DNA of 64,000 nt, from contig JBBQSO010000021.1 of assembly GCA_038213805.1 (NCBI GenBank), positions 1-64,000 of the forward strand. Direction: 5' to 3'. The position numbers were made by a program, and so were the translations under genes. The stretch's first letter is position 1. Every line of letters begins with the position of its first letter. The notes beneath the pieces are model-generated. The model made no database searches. It saw only the letters and a list, made by a program, of their open reading frames with translations, and was not told the origin of the DNA. The DNA comes from Planctomycetota bacterium. Lineage in GTDB: Bacteria > Planctomycetota > UBA11346. Positions 57,365 through 64,000 of this stretch are shown here, piece after piece.

Positions 57365-59118
57365 CCCCATCCCCCACGACAAGGCGCCGAGATGTGTGGG
57401 CCTGCGTGCTTGCGATGACCGTGATGTTCGCAATGCCGCCCGGCGCGGCCGTGGAACTCACGCAGCTGACCAATGCGCCGTGCGCCGACGACCTCGTCAC
57501 CTGGCAGGTCGCGGGCGGACCGGCGGAGTGGAGCGTGCTCGACGTCGAGCACCTGCCGCGCCTGGTGGTCACCTCGCCAAGCGGACGCACCTGGACCCGG
57601 TCGGCCTTCCTCGATCAGGACTTCACCGCGCCCGACGCCGCAGGCTCCGCCCCACCCGCGCCGCACGGCGCGCCGGTGCTGCGCATCCGCCACGCGCCGC
57701 GCGTCGCGGGCGTGCACGGCTGGAAGCTGCTCGGCCCCGACGGCGCCGAATTGGCGCAGGGCCACCTCAGCGTCGCGCCGGCGCGCAACGCCGGCGCGCA
57801 CGTCGGCCCGCTGCAGATCGCGCGCGACAACCTGCGCCTGCTCGGTTTCCGCGACGGCGCGGTGTTCATTCCGATCGGGCCGAACCTGTGCTGGGCGAAC
57901 GCGCCCGACCAGCTCGGCGGCTTCGCGCGCTGGTTCACCGCGCTGCACGCCGCCGGCGCGACGCACGTGCGGCTATGGTTCGCGGGTTGGTGCGGCGGAC
58001 TCGAAGGGGCGCAGCCCGATGCCTACCGCCTTGATCAGGCGTGGCTGATGGACCGCATCCTCGAGCTCGCGCGCGGTGCCGGCATCAAGGTGACGCTGGT
58101 GCTCGACAACCACCACGACCTCAAGCACGGCACGCTGCCCTATGGCGGCGATTTCAATGCGCGGGTGAAGGGCTTCTTCACCGTGCCGCCCCCCGCCCAG
58201 TACGAGCGGCGGCTGCGCTACGTGCTCGCGCGCTGGGGCAGCGACGACACCGTCGCGGCGTGGGAATTGTACAACGAGGTCGACCTCGCCCAGGGCGACC
58301 GCGACGCGGCGGTGAAGTGGGCGACCGGCGCCGCCGCGCTGCTCGCGCACCTCGACCAGGACCGCCGCCCACGCACCATCAGCTGGAGCGCCGACGACTG
58401 GGACCAGGTCGCGAACATACCCGACATCGACCTCATCCAGATCCACAGCTATGTGCTGGAATGGAGCGATCCCATCGGCCTGCTCAAGCAGGGGCACCAC
58501 GACGGCGTGGCGATGCTCTGCGACAACGCGCGGCGCGCCAACGACCTCGCCAAGCCCTTCTGCTTCGCTGAACTCGGCTACCAGGGCAGCAACGAGAAGA
58601 ACCCCGGCAACGACCTCGACACCGCCGGCCTACTCATGCGCCAGCAGCTGTGGGCCGGCTTCCTGCTCGGCGGCTACGGCGGGGGCATGGACTGGTGGTG
58701 GGACACGCACCTCGACAAGGCCAAGCTGTGGGACGTCTACCGCGGCTTGGCCACGGCGGTGGCGCATGTCGACTGGCACGACAATCAGTTGGCGCCGCTG
58801 CAGCCCAATGCGGGCTCCAGCCTGCGCATCATCGGCTGGCAGAGCCCACGCCAGGCGCTGCTGTGGCCGCAGATCCGCTCCGACACCTGGTACCGGCACC
58901 TGGTGGAGGGCAAACCGCGGCCGCAGCTGGTGCGGGGCATGCCGTTCCGGCTGGGTGCGTTCAAACCGGCGACGGCGTTCCGGGTGCATGCGCTCGATCA
59001 GGTGAGCGGAGCAGAGCAGGGCGTCGCGACCGCGACCAGCTCGGCGCAGGGCGAGCTGGAGATCGTGGCGCCGGCGCCGGGGAGGGACACGGTGTTGTGG
59101 GTGGAAGCGGGAAACTGA
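57361..59118 (+). CDS. Secreted clan GH-A (GH5-like) glycoside hydrolase with a DUF5060-like N-domain
   Basis: Signal peptide; FIPIGPN, YVLARWG, WELYNEVD acid/base, AELG nucleophile, WWWD; ATGA overlap with the GT4 gene. Confidence 0.75.
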   Translation: MTPSPTTRRRDVWACVLAMTVMFAMPPGAAVELTQLTNAPCADDLVTWQVAGGPAEWSVLDVEHLPRLVVTSPSGRTWTRSAFLDQDFTAPDAAGSAPPAPHGAPVLRIRHAPRVAGVHGWKLLGPDGAELAQGHLSVAPARNAGAHVGPLQIARDNLRLLGFRDGAVFIPIGPNLCWANAPDQLGGFARWFTALHAAGATHVRLWFAGWCGGLEGAQPDAYRLDQAWLMDRILELARGAGIKVTLVLDNHHDLKHGTLPYGGDFNARVKGFFTVPPPAQYERRLRYVLARWGSDDTVAAWELYNEVDLAQGDRDAAVKWATGAAALLAHLDQDRRPRTISWSADDWDQVANIPDIDLIQIHSYVLEWSDPIGLLKQGHHDGVAMLCDNARRANDLAKPFCFAELGYQGSNEKNPGNDLDTAGLLMRQQLWAGFLLGGYGGGMDWWWDTHLDKAKLWDVYRGLATAVAHVDWHDNQLAPLQPNAGSSLRIIGWQSPRQALLWPQIRSDTWYRHLVEGKPRPQLVRGMPFRLGAFKPATAFRVHALDQVSGAEQGVATATSSAQGELEIVAPAPGRDTVLWVEAGN

Positions 59119-59205
59119 GGAGGGAAGAGGAGAAGGCCTGCGCTTGCACGGTGGGGTAGACAGCGAACATCTCCCGTAGCCTTCCAACCCGCAGGAACAC
59201 GTGTC

Positions 59206-59649
59206 ATGGTCGCATTCCGTCCGTTGCTCACGCTCTTGCTCGTTACGTCCTTCTGGCATGGAAGCGCATATTCCGTCGAGGACCAGGGCGCATTCTGCGA
59301 TCGGCTCTGGAACCTGGTCGAACCCGAATTCAGGAACATGCAGGGCACGGAAGTGGCGGTAATCGTGCCCGACGTATACATCTTCAAGTTCGGGCCGGAC
59401 GAACTGCGCGACGGCGCGGGCGAAGTCGACATGTTGCCGGCACTCCGCAACCCGCTCGACACGGTGTGCGCCTGCTTCACCGACAAGACCTTGCCGCTCA
59501 TTGCGCGCATCCGCACCGAAGCAAAAGGGAATCCGACCCTGAAGATCACGGTGCTGGAGCGCGCGGTGGTGGTCACGACCGGGGATCACCTCGAACGGTT
59601 CGCGCCCATAGTGGCGTTTTTTGCGAAAAATTACGGCCAGACGAAGTGA
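59206..59649 (+). CDS. Hypothetical exported protein (147 aa), lower GC
   Basis: AGGA RBS; signal-peptide-like N-terminus; more A/T-ending codons than neighbours. Confidence 0.6.
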   Translation: MVAFRPLLTLLLVTSFWHGSAYSVEDQGAFCDRLWNLVEPEFRNMQGTEVAVIVPDVYIFKFGPDELRDGAGEVDMLPALRNPLDTVCACFTDKTLPLIARIRTEAKGNPTLKITVLERAVVVTTGDHLERFAPIVAFFAKNYGQTK

Positions 59650-59736
59650 AGTGTCGACCGATGGCGATGAAAGATCGAGAACGAGACAAGAGAGAGTTGT
59701 GTGATTGGCTTCTCGCCTCTCGCGATTCGATGCTGT

Positions 59737-60372
59737 TCAGTTCCCCGAATCCGGCAGCGGCAGCTTCCCCTGCAACCGTCCCAGCATCTTGAGCGCGTAC
59801 AGGCCGAGCCGTTCATTCACCTGGTCGCGCCCCACGTCGACGTGGATGTCGACGTCGACGCCGCTGGTCGGAACCTCACCGCGTTCGGGATGCAGGCCGA
59901 TGGTCGCCAGGATCGTCACCAGCTGCTCCTTCGGGTAGAGCGCCTTAAGCCGGCTGTAGACCATAAAGGCGAGTTCGCGCTCGAACTGACCCTGGCCGAT
60001 GTCCATGAGCGAGGCCAGGGCGATCAGGTTGCGCGCGCGCGTCAGCGGATCGGTCGCCTGGGCGGGTGCCCAGGTGTCGATGCGCTTCTGCAGGTCGTCC
60101 CAGTCCTTGCGCCGTTCGTCGCTCTCGTTCAGCGAGGACAGGTCGTTGGCGAAGGGCGTGACGAAGCCGGTATCCGGTGGCAGCTCGTCCCACTTGATGG
60201 CGGCGATCTCGGCGGCGGTGGGTGGCGGCGGCTCGGCGGCGGGATCCGCGGCCGCCGGGGTCGTCGCGGTGGGTGGCGTGGGCGTCGCGCCGGGACCGGC
60301 ATCGGCGGCCGGCAGCGCGGCGCCTGCGAGTGACATCAGCAGGAGCGCGATCGGCATGGACGAAAGGCGCAT
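59737..60372 (-). CDS. Hypothetical exported protein (211 aa)
   Basis: GGAG RBS, signal peptide, Pro/Ala linker, helical domain; GC3-rich. Confidence 0.75.
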   Translation of the reverse strand: MRLSSMPIALLLMSLAGAALPAADAGPGATPTPPTATTPAAADPAAEPPPPTAAEIAAIKWDELPPDTGFVTPFANDLSSLNESDERRKDWDDLQKRIDTWAPAQATDPLTRARNLIALASLMDIGQGQFERELAFMVYSRLKALYPKEQLVTILATIGLHPERGEVPTSGVDVDIHVDVGRDQVNERLGLYALKMLGRLQGKLPLPDSGN

Positions 60373-60400
60373 GACGGACTCCAGGGGGTGGGTGCGCGGT

Positions 60401-61234
60401 TCAGCGGGCCGGCACGAACGCCGGATTGGCGTGCGCGATCACGCCGATGACGATCCAGGTGCCGACGGCGAGCAGGATCCATAGCGGTGCGCTGCGGGCC
60501 AGGCGCTGGCCCGGCTCCCAGCGGAAGAGTTTCCAGCCCACCACCGTGGCGGCCGCGCCGATCACCACCAGGGCGGCCAGGCAGTACGGCGCCTTGAAGG
60601 CCCCGGCGGGCGCGATGCTGTTGGCCAGCGCGTTGACGGCGTAGCGGCCAGGCAGGTAGAGCGAGATCGGCTGCACCCACGCTGGCAGGTTCCACACCGG
60701 GATACCGACGCCGCCGATAATGATCATCGGCAGGAACAGGGTCTGCCCGAGCGCCTGCACCGCCCCGATGCTGGTCGCCACCGTGGCGATGATCAGGCCG
60801 ATGCCGATGAAGGCGAAGCTGACCAGGGTGAACGACAGCATCAGATCGAGCGGGTGCGCGGGCAGCGGCAGGTGATAGGCGGCCATCGCCAGCGCGTACT
60901 GCAACACCGCCGCGCTCGCGACGATCAGGAAGCGCGCGATCATGGTGCTGAGGATGAACCAGCCGGTGCCGAGCGGGGTCAGCCGGTAGCGCCGCCACAC
61001 TCCGCGCTCGCGCTCTCCGACCATGGTGATGGGCATGCCGAAGCAGGCACCGCCCAGAGTCGAGATCGCCAGCACCTGGCCCATACTCGCTGCGGTCAGG
61101 CCATTCGGGCCTCCGAACACGCTGCCCAGCGCGATCAGGAAGAATATCGGGACCACGTAGCCGAAAATCAGCGCCTGCAGATTGCGGCAGTTGAGGATCA
61201 GCGAGATGCGCAGATGCGTAAGGAAGCCGTGCAT
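60401..61234 (-). CDS. ABC-2 type exporter permease
   Basis: ERERGVWRRYRLTPL, six or more TM helices, LFRWE. Confidence 0.88.
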   Translation of the reverse strand: MHGFLTHLRISLILNCRNLQALIFGYVVPIFFLIALGSVFGGPNGLTAASMGQVLAISTLGGACFGMPITMVGERERGVWRRYRLTPLGTGWFILSTMIARFLIVASAAVLQYALAMAAYHLPLPAHPLDLMLSFTLVSFAFIGIGLIIATVATSIGAVQALGQTLFLPMIIIGGVGIPVWNLPAWVQPISLYLPGRYAVNALANSIAPAGAFKAPYCLAALVVIGAAATVVGWKLFRWEPGQRLARSAPLWILLAVGTWIVIGVIAHANPAFVPAR

Positions 61235-61235
61235 G

Positions 61236-62153
61236 TCAGTCCCGCAGCGCCCGGCCGGTGAGCTGGATGAAGACGTCCTCAAGGGAGGGCTTGCGGATCT
61301 GCAGGTCGACCAGCTCGCCCCCGCTGCTCTCGATCAGGTGGACCAGCGCGATGATGGTGCGGTTGGGCGCGGCGCTGGCGAGCACGGTCGCCTGGCCGTC
61401 GGCGCTGACCCCGTTGACCCCCTCCAGGGCACGCACCGCGTCCGCTGGCAGCGGCGCCGCGGTGGTGAAGGCCACGCGCGTGCTGGCAGAGGTCCCCGCG
61501 ATCAGGTTGGCGGGCGTGTCGAGGGCGATGATCCTGCCGTGATCGACGATGGCGACGCGGTCGCAGAGCAGCTCGGCCTCGTCGATGTAGTGGGTGGTCA
61601 GCAGCACCGAGCGTCCGGCCGCCTTGACCCCGCGGATGGCCTCGTGCAGCTCGCGCCGGGCCTGCGGGTCGAGGGCCGCGGTCGGCTCGTCGAGGAACAG
61701 CACCTCGGGCTCGTTGACCATGGCCAGGGCCATGGCCAGGCGCTGCTTCTGCCCACCGGAAAGGGTCTCGAAGCGCGCCGTCGCCTTCTCGGTCAGCGAG
61801 AAGCGCGCGAGCAGCGCCTCGGGATCGGCGCGCTTGGCGTAGAAGCTGGCGAACAGCTGCAGCGCTTCGCGCACGGTGATGCGTTCGGGCAGCGCGGTCG
61901 CCTGCAGCTGCACGCCGATGCGCTCGCGCACCGCGTCCCCCTCACGGCGCAGGTCGTGACCGCAGATGGTGATGCTGCCGCCGTCGGCGTCGCGCAGGCC
62001 GATCAGGCATTCGATGGTGGTGGTCTTGCCCGCCCCGTTCGGCCCAAGCAGCCCGAAGATCTCGCCCGGCGCCACCGTGAACGACAGCCCGCGCACGGCC
62101 TGGACCGCGCCGTAGCTCTTCACCAGATCGGTGACCGTGAGGGTTGCGGACAT
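61236..62153 (-). CDS. ABC-2 type exporter ATPase
   Basis: GPNGAGKTT, LSGGQKQR, FLDEPT, TTHYIDEAELLCDRV, PSLEDVF. Confidence 0.93.
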   Translation of the reverse strand: MSATLTVTDLVKSYGAVQAVRGLSFTVAPGEIFGLLGPNGAGKTTTIECLIGLRDADGGSITICGHDLRREGDAVRERIGVQLQATALPERITVREALQLFASFYAKRADPEALLARFSLTEKATARFETLSGGQKQRLAMALAMVNEPEVLFLDEPTAALDPQARRELHEAIRGVKAAGRSVLLTTHYIDEAELLCDRVAIVDHGRIIALDTPANLIAGTSASTRVAFTTAAPLPADAVRALEGVNGVSADGQATVLASAAPNRTIIALVHLIESSGGELVDLQIRKPSLEDVFIQLTGRALRD

Positions 62154-62402
62154 GTTCGCCAATGTAACACCTCCGCGCGCCTTGGGTAGGTCCGTCGAGC
62201 CCACAGGCACTAACTTAACCATCTGACAGTCTTGCAATTGGATCCCACCATGGAGAGCTCCCCTTGTGCGACGGACGTTCCTGGGGCATCCTTATCGGCA
62301 ACCATTCCCCCCAACCGGGGAGTGGCGTTGCGTGGCGGCACAACCCTGCACAGCCCCGCAATGACCCCTCGCCCGGGTACGGTCGGCTGTGTCTCGCGCC
62401 TG

Positions 62403-62437
62403 TTCGCTTCTCGCACCTCGCATCTCGCTCCCCGCCG
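62403..62437. repeat. Degenerate CTCGCNN heptamer array (5 units)
   Basis: Pyrimidine-rich, before the regulator start codon. Confidence 0.7.
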
Positions 62438-62469
62438 CCAACCGCCCCCCTCCGTCTGCCGGATCGCCC

Positions 62470-63924
<1,455 letters not shown>

Positions 63925-63940
63925 GCACACCGCCGACAGC

Positions 63941-63980
63941 TGAACAGGAGGCGCAGAGACGCGGAGGCCGGAGGAGCGGA
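63941..63980. repeat. Left arm of the GAGACGCGGAGACGC family element, copy 3 (cut by the window end)
   Basis: GAACAGGAGGCGCAGAGACGCGGAGGCCGGAGGAG matches the left arm of copy 2. Confidence 0.8.
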
Positions 63981-64000
63981 GATGATTTTCATCCTGACTA

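Noticed and set aside
62336..62350. Sigma-54 promoter CGGCACAACCCTGCA (similar site near 30575)
   Set aside because: GG-to-GC spacing is 9 nt, not the required 10.

Overview
A very GC-rich (about 70% by eye, not computed) bacterial chromosome segment. Gene content hints at a Planctomycetota/PVC-type diderm (inference only). It is mostly housekeeping and metabolic: sthA, purH, lpxH-like, truA, a DHH phosphoesterase, pyk, cysS, eukaryotic-type hisA, livKHMGF, an FKBP, lutABC, a DeoR regulator with RhaEW, tmk, uppP, several ABC transporters and an NtrC-type regulator. There are also many secreted or lipoprotein hypotheticals. I found no rRNA, tRNA, CRISPR array, integrase or transposase. Highlights: (1) about 20 intergenic 7-8-mer tandem arrays with a consistent polarity: purine/G-rich after stop codons and pyrimidine/C-rich before start codons, so some transcription units are bracketed by complementary arrays. 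(2) Two separate families of REP-like palindromic elements. (3) A metal-uptake operon led by a ribbon-helix-helix protein with a Cys/His tail and a NikR-like operator, in which an unknown 151-aa exported protein sits where the solute-binding protein is expected. (4) Two tandem paralogous exported proteins built from four copies of one unknown module, downstream of an orphan permease. (5) Odd variants of known proteins: CysRS with a duplicated C-terminal domain and KVGKS, LivG with a hydrophobic insertion, and a membrane protein with six zinc ribbons. (6) A 46-aa membrane microprotein missed by the ORF track.
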